Assembly: GCF_035390745.1 (NCBI RefSeq)
Contig: NZ_DAOOUJ010000004.1
Span: 1,375-65,374 of the forward strand
Reading direction: 5' to 3'
DNA: 64,000 bases
Source: Methanosarcina sp.
Lineage (GTDB): Archaea > Halobacteriota > Methanosarcinia > Methanosarcinales > Methanosarcinaceae
Below are positions 48,590 to 59,198 of this stretch, piece by piece. Made by a program: the position numbers and the translations under genes. Every line of letters begins with the position of its first letter. The first letter of the stretch is position 1. The notes under the pieces were generated by a model, which was not told the DNA's origin, made no database searches, and was given only the letters and a program-made list of their open reading frames with translations.

Positions 48590-49114
48590 TCATTCTCTCA
48601 TCTGACCGTACCTGTTGTGGTAAACTTTCTCTTTCCTGTACCTGTCCTGAGGTCCGGGTTTTTCGGCAGGGTAGCCTAAAGGCACAAGCCCGAGAGGAAA
48701 GACATAATCAGGCAGCCCAAAAGCTTTTCTGAAGCCTTTAACTCTGTCTGTCATGGGAAAAATTCCTGTCCATACGGCTCCCAGCCCTGCATCATGAGCT
48801 GCGAGCAGGAGGTTCTGAATGGCTGCCGAGCAGTCCTGTACCCAGAATCCCGGCGCTTTTTCCTGGGTAGTATCCCCGCATACCAGGATTGCCATGGGAG
48901 CTTCCCTGCACATGCCGGCATAGGGGCTGAATGTGGGAATCTCGTCCAGAATTTTTCTGTCATCGATTACAATGAAAACCCAGGGCTGGGCATTAACCGC
49001 AGACGGAGCACTCATCGCAGCCCTGAGCAGTTCGGTAACAAGCTCTCTCGGAACTGGTCTGTCAGTGTATTTTCGGATGCTTCGGCGGGTATGGATTGCT
49101 TCAAGAGTTTCCAT
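48590..49114 (-). CDS. Nitroreductase family protein
   Basis: EAIHTRRSIRKY, AMSAPSAVNAQPW; ATG 49114 after AGGAGG. Confidence 0.92.
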   Translation of the reverse strand: METLEAIHTRRSIRKYTDRPVPRELVTELLRAAMSAPSAVNAQPWVFIVIDDRKILDEIPTFSPYAGMCREAPMAILVCGDTTQEKAPGFWVQDCSAAIQNLLLAAHDAGLGAVWTGIFPMTDRVKGFRKAFGLPDYVFPLGLVPLGYPAEKPGPQDRYRKEKVYHNRYGQMRE

Positions 49115-49220
49115 ATCCAGACTCCTCCTGTTCATTTCTGAAATATGGGCGAGGAAATTTCTCTTCAGTTTTCTCTCGCCCTATTCTCTTTCCTTTTTGT
49201 TTCTTTTCTCAATTTGTTTC

Positions 49221-49778
49221 TTACTTGAAAAGGTTAAGACCTGCGTTTTTCGCTCTCTCCATAATTTCGGAATCTCCCTTTACTTCTCCGGGCGCATGAT
49301 ATCCGATTCCCACAATCGTGTCCTTTACATCCATGCGCATGAAGTTGGAAATCTGCCCTCCGAATTCCTCATAGACCCCTTTGAAAGCTGCCGCATCAGG
49401 TGCCCCCTGGGTTCCTATAATCACTGCTTTTTTCCCGGCAGGGAGACGGGGAGAGAAGTCAGCGTTTATAAGTGAATAACAGCGGTCAATGAATAACCGC
49501 ATCTGGCCTGTAAACTGGCCAAAGTAGATAGGAGATCCGAAGACTACTCCATCTGCCGATGCGAGTTCATCGAATAATTCCACAAGGTCGTCTTCAAGCT
49601 TGCACTTATCATGGCTCTTGCAGTAGCCGCAACCCTGGCAACCTCTGTAGTTCATCTCGTTGAGGAAAAAGTTCCGGGTTTCAGCGCCTGCCTCTGCTGC
49701 GCCTTCCAGGACCTGCTGCACAAGGATATTCGTATTTCCATTCTTTCGGGGACTTCCAACAATTCCTATAACTTTCAT
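49221..49778 (-). CDS. Isf-like flavodoxin-family protein
   Basis: GSPRKNGNT; CQGCGYC..C; GSPIYFG. Confidence 0.9.
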   Translation of the reverse strand: MKVIGIVGSPRKNGNTNILVQQVLEGAAEAGAETRNFFLNEMNYRGCQGCGYCKSHDKCKLEDDLVELFDELASADGVVFGSPIYFGQFTGQMRLFIDRCYSLINADFSPRLPAGKKAVIIGTQGAPDAAAFKGVYEEFGGQISNFMRMDVKDTIVGIGYHAPGEVKGDSEIMERAKNAGLNLFK

Positions 49779-49909
49779 TTTTACACCTTTTATCTTTTAA
49801 TTTGAGCTCCTTTTAGCAAAAGAGAGGCTCTTCTGTAGTCACTTACGTTTATTGATATTTAATTTACAGCAACTATACTTATATACTATACATACTATCC
49901 GGATACTTA

Positions 49910-49925
49910 GTAACAAAAAGGATAC
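49910..49925. promoter_or_regulatory. Possible HxlR-family operator
   Basis: GTAAC-N6-GATAC imperfect palindrome in the divergent promoter; nearby TATCCGGATA at 49896-49905. Confidence 0.3.
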
Positions 49926-49936
49926 AATGAAATCTT

Positions 49937-50323
49937 ATGGCAGGCGAGGCAAAAAATAATAAACGCTATCAATGTCCTGTTGAAGCGACTCTGGACGTAA
50001 TCGGCGGCAAATGGAAACCCATTATTCTCTGGCAGCTGAAAGCAGAAAAATTGAGGTTTTCAGGGCTCCAGCAAAGCATGCAGGGGATCTCCCCCAAAAT
50101 GCTCACAAAACAGCTCAGGGAGCTTGAAGAAGCCGGGCTTGTCTTGAGAGAGGTTTATCCTGAAATCCCACCCCGAGTTGAGTATTCTCTGACAGAATTC
50201 GGAAAAACCGTGCTCCCCGTCCTGGATGCACTTTGCGAATGGGGAAATAAATACCTTGAAAGAGAGTGCGCTTCTGGTGAAAATGAGGGCTTAAAAGTCT
50301 CTGGATGCCCCACCTTACATTAA
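49937..50323 (+). CDS. HxlR-family winged-helix regulator
   Basis: CPVEATLDVIGGKWK, ISPKMLTKQLRELE, PPRVEYSLT. Confidence 0.93.
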   Translation: MAGEAKNNKRYQCPVEATLDVIGGKWKPIILWQLKAEKLRFSGLQQSMQGISPKMLTKQLRELEEAGLVLREVYPEIPPRVEYSLTEFGKTVLPVLDALCEWGNKYLERECASGENEGLKVSGCPTLH

Positions 50324-50615
50324 TCTGATAATGTCAGAAATGTAGCATCAGGAATCCATTTTTATAGGACTTATTTCGAAGAGTACATAATTCTCGAAAA
50401 ATGTTTCTATGAAGCTTGTTATGGCTTTTATAAAAATAAACTTCAAAATATTTAATTACTGTAGAAGGGATATTTAATTACATTTCTTAAAATTCTCAAT
50501 TGCGGCTCTCTAAATATATCCGAAGAAAATAATTGCGCTGACACTACAACTAAATGGACAATACCTGTAAGCTATACAGAGTTCTGGAAACAGTAGAGAT
50601 CTCAGGATTAAGCAT

Positions 50616-52943
50616 ATGATGCAGAACAACGGATACATGCGATATTTCACAAAAAAAAGCTGCTACCCAAACCAGGCAGAGGCTATGGAGAAGATTCATT
50701 CTGCCCTCCTGCATGAGAAAATAGTTCTCTTTGAAGGGGCGTGCGGCACAGGCAAGACCCTGAGTGCACTTGCTCCTGCGCTGCATGTGGGAAAGAAACT
50801 CAACAAGGTAGTAATCATAGTCACGAATGTCCACCAGCAGATGGTCCAGTTTATGAATGAGGCAAGGGACATCAACAGGGACAACAGCATAAAAACAATC
50901 GTTTTTAAAGGCAAAACCTCGATGTGCCCTGATAACCTTGACTATGAAGAGTGCCGGCTCAAAGGGGAAAACACATATGACCTCCTTGATTTTGAGCGTG
51001 AAGTCTCTTCAAAGGAAAAAGAGCTAAAAGATGCCTTTGAAAAGCACAAAAAATCAAAAGACCCTGCACTCTATATCCTCAGGAACGAGCTTGAAAAAGA
51101 ACTCGACGAAGCCCGAAAAAAGGCTCAGTCCCTGAGAAACCATTCCTGCCCCAGGCTTTACGAAGTCCTCAGGTTTGAAGGAAATGAATTTTCTTCCTGG
51201 CTCTTTTCTGATGTCAGAAGTCCGGAAGAGATTATGGAATATGCGGAAGACCGGGGCATGTGCGGGTATGAGCTGCTCAAAAAAGAACTCAAAAACGCGG
51301 AGCTTCTTATCTGCAACTTCCATCACGTGTTAAGTGCTGAGATCTTCCTTACTCTCCTCAAATGGCTTGAGAAAGATCCTGAAGATATTATTCTTATTTT
51401 TGACGAAGCTCACAATATCGAGGCTTCAGCCCGCTCCCACTCTTCCATAATGCTTTCGGAACTGACCGTTGAAAAAGCCCTTTCAGAGGTGGGAGAGATC
51501 CCTGAACCTGACAGTTCTCCCGTATTCGGGGCCGGGTCAGGGATTCCTCTTGACGAGGACTATGCATCCAGACTTTATGCTAAAAAACTCTTTTCCTGCC
51601 TTCTCAACGCAATAAGGGATACTTACGACTCAAAATTGAAATTCGGGGATAGAAACAGGCTTGGAAAGCACTGGCAGGATATACAGATAAGCGACCCTTA
51701 TGAGCGCCGTGATGTCCTGAAGATTCGTTTTTTGCGGGATGCACAGAAAGAAGGGTTTGCAGATGAAGAAAAGGTTCTGACCCGGCTGCGGGAAATCGGG
51801 GAGTTCGGAGGCAGACTGGAAGAGATTTACGCTGAAAATTACAAAAAGGGGCTTCTTTCCGTTCCCAAGCGTTCCCAGATCCGCTATGTTGCAGATTTCC
51901 TTTCTTCTTATCTTGTGCTTTCAGACAGGCAGAACTATTATCCGATTCTGAACATGCGCAGGGACTTTAAAAGCGACAGGGTGGTCGGCAGGCTTGAACT
52001 CTTCACCTGCATCCCAAAGAATGTGACCCAGCCTCTGCTTGATTCCGTTTATTCTGCAGTGCTGATGTCAGCTACCCTGCGTCCTTTTGAAATGGTTAAA
52101 TCAACACTGGGCATTAGCCGGGAAGTTGAAGAAATCACCTACGGGACCACTTTTCCGCAGGAAAGAAGGCTTACTCTTGCGGTTTCAGTCCCCCCACTCT
52201 TTGCAAAAAACAGGGACAGCCCTGAAACCCTGGAAGGTTTGAGAGAGGCTCTTCTTGCTGCTACTGCTGCTTCGCCGGGAAATGTAATCATTTATTTCCA
52301 GAGCTATGCGGAAGCACTCCGCTATACAAAACTCCTTGAGCCTGAACTTTCGGTTCCCATTTTCCTTGACGAGGTCGGTGTCTCAGCCCAGGAGATAAGG
52401 CAGAAGTTCTTCAAAATAGGGGAAGAGGGAGGAAAAGCCGTGCTCATAACCTACCTCTGGGGGACCCTGAGCGAAGGTGTTGATTTCAGAGATTCCCGAG
52501 GCAGGACAGTAATTGTTGTGGGTGTGGGATATCCGGCTCTTAATGACAGGATAAAGGCGGTCGAGTCGGCATATGATACGGTCTTTGGCTGCGGAGAGGG
52601 CTGGGAATTTGCAGTCCAGGTGCCGACAATCAGAAAAGTAAGGCAGGCGATGGGAAGGGTTGTCCGCTCTCCTGGAGATTTCGGGGTAAGGATACTCCTT
52701 GATGCCCGTTATCAGGGCTCTCAGATGCGCAAACTGGGAAAATTTTCGGTTTTTGGGTATTTCCCGCCCGAAGAAAGCAGAGAATTTCTTGATGTAGCTC
52801 CAAAGGATGTAGGAAGCCTGGTAGAAGAGTTTTTTGCAAATATAACTCCTTATAAACCCGAAATAAATGAGGCTGAAAAAAAGGAGCCGGAATCCCCGGC
52901 TTCAGGCAGGCTGGAATTCGGGAGCCTCGCAGAAAAGCTCTAA
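50616..52943 (+). CDS. XPD/Rad3/DinG-family Fe-S DNA helicase
   Basis: GACGTGKT, FDEAHN, MSATL, LSEGVDF, QAMGRVVR; Fe-S Cys cluster. Confidence 0.94.
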   Translation: MMQNNGYMRYFTKKSCYPNQAEAMEKIHSALLHEKIVLFEGACGTGKTLSALAPALHVGKKLNKVVIIVTNVHQQMVQFMNEARDINRDNSIKTIVFKGKTSMCPDNLDYEECRLKGENTYDLLDFEREVSSKEKELKDAFEKHKKSKDPALYILRNELEKELDEARKKAQSLRNHSCPRLYEVLRFEGNEFSSWLFSDVRSPEEIMEYAEDRGMCGYELLKKELKNAELLICNFHHVLSAEIFLTLLKWLEKDPEDIILIFDEAHNIEASARSHSSIMLSELTVEKALSEVGEIPEPDSSPVFGAGSGIPLDEDYASRLYAKKLFSCLLNAIRDTYDSKLKFGDRNRLGKHWQDIQISDPYERRDVLKIRFLRDAQKEGFADEEKVLTRLREIGEFGGRLEEIYAENYKKGLLSVPKRSQIRYVADFLSSYLVLSDRQNYYPILNMRRDFKSDRVVGRLELFTCIPKNVTQPLLDSVYSAVLMSATLRPFEMVKSTLGISREVEEITYGTTFPQERRLTLAVSVPPLFAKNRDSPETLEGLREALLAATAASPGNVIIYFQSYAEALRYTKLLEPELSVPIFLDEVGVSAQEIRQKFFKIGEEGGKAVLITYLWGTLSEGVDFRDSRGRTVIVVGVGYPALNDRIKAVESAYDTVFGCGEGWEFAVQVPTIRKVRQAMGRVVRSPGDFGVRILLDARYQGSQMRKLGKFSVFGYFPPEESREFLDVAPKDVGSLVEEFFANITPYKPEINEAEKKEPESPASGRLEFGSLAEKL

Positions 52944-53078
52944 GGAAGATTGCTCCATTATTCCAGCCTTTAAACTTATTTTCTTTGAATTCTTTATTTT
53001 TTTCTTCTTTTCTATTTTCTACTCTCTTTTTTATTGCTCTTTTCTCCGTTTAACGGCTTCAACGACTTAATATCAGGC

Positions 53079-55258
53079 TTATGATACTACTATGTAGTTG
53101 TATTTTGTCACCGAAGTGCTGCCTGCCACATTGGTTACTGTCAGCTTTATCGTGTAACTTCCTGCTGCTGAATATATGTGCTTTGGATTCTGGAGTGTTG
53201 AGGTCGTTCCGTCTCCGAAACTCCAGTTCCATGCAGTAGGTGAACCTGTAGAATTGTCCTTAAAGTACACAGTCAGGGGAGCAGTTCCCGTTCTTGGAGA
53301 ACCCCAGCAGTTTATAACTGGTTTTGCTACAGTTGTTCCTGTTACTGTTATGTAGTTTGATTTTGTGTTGTATTGCTGCCTGCTGAATTACTTACTGTAA
53401 GCGCTACGGTGTAATTTCCGGCTGTCGAATAATTATGCACCGGGTTTTTAGTTGTTGAGGTCGTTCCGTCTCCGAAACTCCAGTTCCATGATGTTGGCGA
53501 ACCTGTACTTGTGTCCGAAAACAGGACGTTAAGAGGTGCACTCCCTGACGTTACATTGCTGCTGAAGCCTGCAACCGGCATTGTCGAAGAGGTTCCTGTT
53601 ACTGTTATGTAATTCGATTTTGTTGTTGTATTGTTGCCCGCTGCATTGGTTACTGTAAGTGCTACCGTGTAGTTTCCTGCTGCAGAGTACGTGTGTACAG
53701 GATTCTGGGATGTTGAAGATGTTCCGTCTCCAAAACTCCAGCTCCATGCTGTTGGCGAACCTGTACTGCTGTCCGTAAATGTCACATTCAGGGGCGAATT
53801 TCCTGAGGTTGGAGATGCCGAAAACGCAGCAACCGGCGTTTGGGAGGCATTTCCTGTAACTGTTATGTAATTCAATTTTGTTGATGTACTGCTTCCCGCG
53901 GCATTGCTTGCTGTAAGTGATATCGTGTAACTCCCTGCTGCTGTGTATGTATGCTTTGGGTTCTTCTCTGTTGAATATGTCCCGTCTCCAAAGCTCCAGT
54001 TCCACGCTGTTGGCGAACCTGTAGAATTGTCTTTAAAGGTTACAGTCAGAGGCGCAGTTCCCGATCTTGGAGATCCCCAGTAGTTTAAGACAGGTTTCGT
54101 TCCAGTAGTGGATACTGCAGTTATATAATTCGATTTTGTTGTTGTATTGTTGCCTGCAGAATTGCTTACTGTAAGCGTAACGGTATAATTCCCTGCTGTC
54201 GAATAGTTATGGGTCGGGTTTTGAGTTGTTGCACTCCCTCCGTCTCCGAAATTCCAGCTCCATGCAGTTGGTGAACCTGTACTGGTATCAGTAAACAGAA
54301 CATTAAACGGCACGTTTCCTGAGGTTACATTGCTGCTGAAGTTCGCTGTAAGAGCTGTTGGGTTTGAAGAGGTCACGAGAGGCAGGTAGTCAGAGTATAT
54401 GCTGCCTGTTATATTGGTGTATGCGGAATCGGAAATCCCATCTCCGTCTTTATCCACAGCTTTATTGGAGAAACCTGTGCCATCGGGTTTGCCCCAGAAG
54501 TTTCCTCCAATATAGGACCCTCCTGCAATGTTTTTGCCTGAAACTTTTGTAGTATTATAGGCGTTCCCTGTCCCGTTTTTGATGGTCATATTGGTATTGT
54601 TGAAGTAATTGTTGTAAATAGAGTTCCTGTCGCTGAGCCCGCAGACATACATGCCGTAAGCACTGTTTGATGTCACGGTGTTGCCTGAAAGCTTATTGTC
54701 ATCAGAAGACCCCACATGGATTCCACGGCTGTCGTTAGTAGCTGTATTCCCGGAAACAGTATTTTTGCTGGAACTCCCGAGATAAATCCCGTATACTCCA
54801 TTATTTATAGCGGTGTTTTTCGAGATCGTGCATTTACTGGAGCTTCCAAGGCGAATTCCATATCCGTTATTCATTACTTTGCTGTTTTCAATTACACAGT
54901 TACTGCATTTGTACAGATAAATTCCCGAGTAGCTGGATCCGCTTCCTGTGGCTTTTATCCCGCGAATTGTAACATTGCTTGCCTGTACTATGAGCACATC
55001 TTTTGTTGATTTAGCTTTAATTATTGTGTCATCAGGGTTTCCTGACTGTGATCTTATCGTAATGTTACCTTTGGTTATGTTGAGATTTTCGGTATATGTC
55101 CCGGCTTTTAAGGTTATCGTATCGCCCGAACTTGCATTGTTTACAGCAGCCTGTATTGAATTTCCCGGCTGGACAATTATCTCAGCCGCCGATCCAATAC
55201 CTGATATTAATAATAATAGGAAAATAGCAATTGGTAAAATGAATAGTTTATTTTTAAT
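53079..55258 (-). CDS. Cell-surface NosD beta-helix + 5 PKD protein, frameshifted near 53366 (PKD5 out of frame)
   Basis: Signal peptide, beta-helix repeats, IGGNFWGKPDG, WNFGDG PKD motifs; ACAACAACAAAA reduced by 1 nt before the last PKD; probable ATT start. Confidence 0.88.
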
Positions 55259-55622
55259 TTCTATTCCTCCATCCACTCAAGAAAGTTAGGGGTGAAATCC
55301 ATATCAAGGACTAAATTTGTATTGTTAGCAAATAATGAAAACTGCATTTCATGTGCAACGAATGTGCAGATGCAGAGCTAACTCATTTGCGCCGATTTGC
55401 CTTTAATCGGAACAAAGTTTCCGCATAAATCACTTTATCATACGGGAATATTTATAACAATATAATTATACCGATTTAAAGTATTACTCCCTCAAAAACG
55501 AAAAAAACGCATACAGATCAGTGAATTAATTGTTTAATTGTAGGAATAGTTTAATTGCAGGCAGTAATTTATCTTTTGCTTCTCGTAAAAAGAGAAATGG
55601 AATGTTGTGAAACATTCCAGTC

Positions 55623-58010
55623 TTATTTCTTTACACTTTTCAGTACTATCCCGATTACTGCCAGCGCTACGATCGCAATCAATCCCATTAAAATGATCTC
55701 GCTGTTGTCCTCATCAGATTCAGGTTCTTGAGTATCATTTCCTTCTGATTGAATCTCACCAACAGATCTCTCTTCTGCAGCGATCTGGGTACCTTCTGTA
55801 TCCACCTGCTGGACAGCCTTACCTGTTATTGCAAAGAAGGAGTATCCTGAAACATCGGCTGTAAAGTACAGATATTTGCTGTCTTCATTCAACAGGCTGG
55901 CCGGCATCTGTTCCCATGTTTCGTCACTGTACCTGTTCAGAGTTATTGAATCCTGATCTATATTATTGTCCTGCAGCCAGGACTTTTCAACCTTGAAGCA
56001 GATCACAGGATTTTCTATGTTCTCTGAGCTTGCAAACCCGCTGTTTCCTACCCAGACATTGAAGTACTTATAGACCTCTCCTTCAGTCAGGTTGGATGTG
56101 AGCGTAGATTTGCTTTTCAACTGCTCGGCAATTGTTGTGGTTTTTCCAAAGGTCTTCCTGGAATCAAAGCCCACATACACTACACAGGTTGCATTCTTCG
56201 TGAAATCAAACTGTATGGGCTTTCCATTGGTGACGAATACCTGGGAAATTTCCTTTACCTCAACGTTCTTTGCGGGCTCAGGTGAACCCCCACCGCCACC
56301 GCCGCCACCGCTGCTTCCACTGCTGTGGCTGCTTCCTTCATCATCTTCATCATCTACGTCTATCGTAGTAGTTTTTTCACTTGTGCCGTTTGCATTGATT
56401 GCAGTCAATTTAGCTGTGTAAGTACCTGCAGAAGCATACTCATATGTAAAGCTTGAAGCGTTTGAGTCTTCAATCCCATCGCCGTTGACATCCCAGCTTA
56501 TAGATGCTGCATTTTGCGAAAGGTCGGTAAAGGTAACTGATAGTGGAGCATAGCCGCCGGTAGCACTGGTGCTGAAGTCTGCTACAGGAAAGCCTTCTTT
56601 TTCTGCTTCCAGAACTTTTATGCCAAGGGTTTTTGAAGCCGTACCGTTTTCATTGCTTACTGTCAGGTTAACGTTATAGTCTCCGGGATTTTCATAAACA
56701 TGAACTGGATTCTGGTCTGTAGAAGAAGAACTATCACCAAAGTCCCAGTTCCATGAAACTGCTTTTTGTGAAAGGTCCGTAAACTGGATTGCAAGTGGGG
56801 CAGATCCCTGAGTGGCATTGGTGCCGAAGTCTGCCACAGGCAGCTCAGAATTCTGTAAGACCGTTATTGTACCAGTTTTTGAAGTCTCACCGTTTGCATT
56901 GTTTACTTTTAACGTTACATTGTAATTCCCTGCTGAGGTATACGTGTGTATGGGGGTCTTGTCCTGTGAATTAGTTCCATCTCCGAAATCCCAGTTCCAC
57001 GAAGTGGGAGTTCCTGTGCTTTTATCAGTAAACAGGACGTCAAGAGGTGCATTTCCCGAAGTAATGCTGCTGCTGAAGTCCGCAACCGGGATTGTGGGCG
57101 CAGCCGAGTTTGAAGACGACACAAGAGGCAGGTAATCCTTATACGAGCTGTCACCCGGCAGGCTGTATGCTGAATCGGCAATCCCGTCTCCATCACTATC
57201 CACTGCCGTATCGGAAAATCCCTTGCCATCAGGTTTTCCCCAGTAGTTTCCGCCGATATAAGAGCCGCCAATTATATTTGTGCCTGCGGTTTTTGTAATA
57301 TTATAGGAGTTTCCAGATCCTTTTTTTACGGTCACATCGGTGTTATTGAAATAGTTGTTGTACACGGTATTATAGTCGCAAAGGCTGCATTCATAGAACC
57401 CTAAATAATTATTATAAGTTACTTTGTTACCTGAAATTGTATTGTAGTCAGCGGAACCCAGATAGATACCACGGCTGCTATTATAAACCGTATTATCAGA
57501 AATGGTATTGTTTCTGGAGCTCCCTACCTCAATTCCGTATACTCCGTTATCCATGACTGTGTTTTTCGAGACAGAGCACTTACTGGAACTTGTGAGGCGA
57601 ATTCCATATCCGTTATTCGTAAGTTTATTATTTTCAAGTGTGCAGTCACTGCATTTGTAAAGGTAAATCCCCGAATAGCTGGATCCGCTTCCTGTGGCTT
57701 TGATCCCTCTAATCGCAACATTATTTGCTTCGTACACCAGGAGTACATTTGCTGCTGATCTTTTAGCATGAATTATCGTATCATCAGGATTTCCAGACTC
57801 TGACCTGATTGTAAGATTACCTTTGGTTATGTTGACATTTTCGATATAAGTACCTGGTTTTATGATTATTTCATCATATGGACTTGCACTGTCAACAGCA
57901 GTCTGTATCGAATTTCCCGGCTCGACAGTTATCTCGGCCGCTGATCCGATAAATGAAATTAATAATAATAGGAAAATAGCAATTGGTAAAATGAATAGTT
58001 TATTTTTAAT
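55623..58010 (-). CDS. Cell-surface NosD beta-helix + 3 PKD + PGF-pre-PGF protein with C-terminal TM
   Basis: N-terminal 300 aa paralogous to the neighbour; Gly-rich linker then SPEPAKNVEVKEISQ; TM + KSVKK; probable ATT start. Confidence 0.9.
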   Translation of the reverse strand: MKNKLFILPIAIFLLLLISFIGSAAEITVEPGNSIQTAVDSASPYDEIIIKPGTYIENVNITKGNLTIRSESGNPDDTIIHAKRSAANVLLVYEANNVAIRGIKATGSGSSYSGIYLYKCSDCTLENNKLTNNGYGIRLTSSSKCSVSKNTVMDNGVYGIEVGSSRNNTISDNTVYNSSRGIYLGSADYNTISGNKVTYNNYLGFYECSLCDYNTVYNNYFNNTDVTVKKGSGNSYNITKTAGTNIIGGSYIGGNYWGKPDGKGFSDTAVDSDGDGIADSAYSLPGDSSYKDYLPLVSSSNSAAPTIPVADFSSSITSGNAPLDVLFTDKSTGTPTSWNWDFGDGTNSQDKTPIHTYTSAGNYNVTLKVNNANGETSKTGTITVLQNSELPVADFGTNATQGSAPLAIQFTDLSQKAVSWNWDFGDSSSSTDQNPVHVYENPGDYNVNLTVSNENGTASKTLGIKVLEAEKEGFPVADFSTSATGGYAPLSVTFTDLSQNAASISWDVNGDGIEDSNASSFTYEYASAGTYTAKLTAINANGTSEKTTTIDVDDEDDEGSSHSSGSSGGGGGGGGSPEPAKNVEVKEISQVFVTNGKPIQFDFTKNATCVVYVGFDSRKTFGKTTTIAEQLKSKSTLTSNLTEGEVYKYFNVWVGNSGFASSENIENPVICFKVEKSWLQDNNIDQDSITLNRYSDETWEQMPASLLNEDSKYLYFTADVSGYSFFAITGKAVQQVDTEGTQIAAEERSVGEIQSEGNDTQEPESDEDNSEIILMGLIAIVALAVIGIVLKSVKK

Positions 58011-58660
58011 TTCCAATTCCTCCATCCACTTACAAAATTTAGGGGTAAAATCTGTGTTCTGGATGAATTGATTTATTAGCAATCAATCAAACTCACTCAC
58101 AGCGCTAACAATCTACAGGTTCAGTTATTAGTTCCAATAACTGATTTTTTATATCCAGATTTACACCTCATACTCCATACTTTAACCTGAGTGGAAGACA
58201 TATTATACAATATAAATATGCTGATTTAGATTAATACTTTTTAATAGAAATAAAAACCTGATTTTCGCAGCCTAATGGAGCAATGCTTTTAAAGTCAAAA
58301 ACAGTCTGTTTGTTCTTGTTTAATTACTCAGTTTTTTTATACTTCCAGTCTTCTGTCCAAGAATACTCCTTTTTTGGTACTTCATTTTTTAGTTATTTGC
58401 CAGAAACAATCCCGAAATTATTATTATATTATAGGAAAGACAATAATAAATCCTGAAAGGTTACTACAAAAGGACTATAATGTCGTATAATGAATTATAT
58501 TGGGAACAATGAGAGTTATGTTTGGACTTGAGGTTCCATAATTACAGAAATATGTTAAAACTAATATTATAGTAACTTTAAGCGGAAAGTATAACAGAGA
58601 ATAGATAACATTATTCTCCATATAAAAAAATGATTCCTTACACATCGGGGGATAAATTAG

Positions 58661-59065
58661 ATGGGCGTAGAAGAAACCATTAAACAAATCGCATGCGAAC
58701 TTGAAAAAGTTGCAAGCACGAAAACTGTTGTTGGAGATCCTATTACAGCTGCCGGGAAAACAATCATTCCTGTCTCCAAAATCTCAATGGGGTTCGGAGC
58801 AGGAGGCGGGGAAGGCAAGAAAGATACTGAATCTGGATTCGGAGGAGGGGGAGGTGCAGGTGCGAAGATCGAGCCTGTTGCTTTTATCATGCTTTCCGAA
58901 GATGATGCAAAGATCTTCAGGATCTCTGAAAAAGGCGATGTAGGGGCAATTCTCAGTTCCCTTCAAGAGGTAGTGCCTGAACTTCTGGATAAAATCAAAG
59001 GCAAAACCGGGAAGCATAAAAAAGAAGAAAGTTCTGAAGCCGAAAAAACTGAAGTTAATGAGTAA
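58661..59065 (+). CDS. GerW/YtfJ family protein
   Basis: TVVGDPI...IIPVSKISMGFGAGGGEG...GGGGGAGAKIEPVAFI. Confidence 0.9.
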   Translation: MGVEETIKQIACELEKVASTKTVVGDPITAAGKTIIPVSKISMGFGAGGGEGKKDTESGFGGGGGAGAKIEPVAFIMLSEDDAKIFRISEKGDVGAILSSLQEVVPELLDKIKGKTGKHKKEESSEAEKTEVNE

Positions 59066-59198
59066 AAAAATCTCTGTTGAGAATGGAGACGGTTTCCACT
59101 AAATTTTTCGGGTTAAACCCCCTTCAGTGATTTTTCACGGGGCAGGACTAATAGGTTATGATTTCAGGGGATGATCAGTAGTACTCTTTCCCTTTCAC

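Noticed and set aside
53079-57100. Regularly spaced nucleotide repeats (CTCCAGTTCCA..GGTGAACCTGTA)
   Set aside because: These are PKD-domain coding repeats about 255 nt apart, not a CRISPR array
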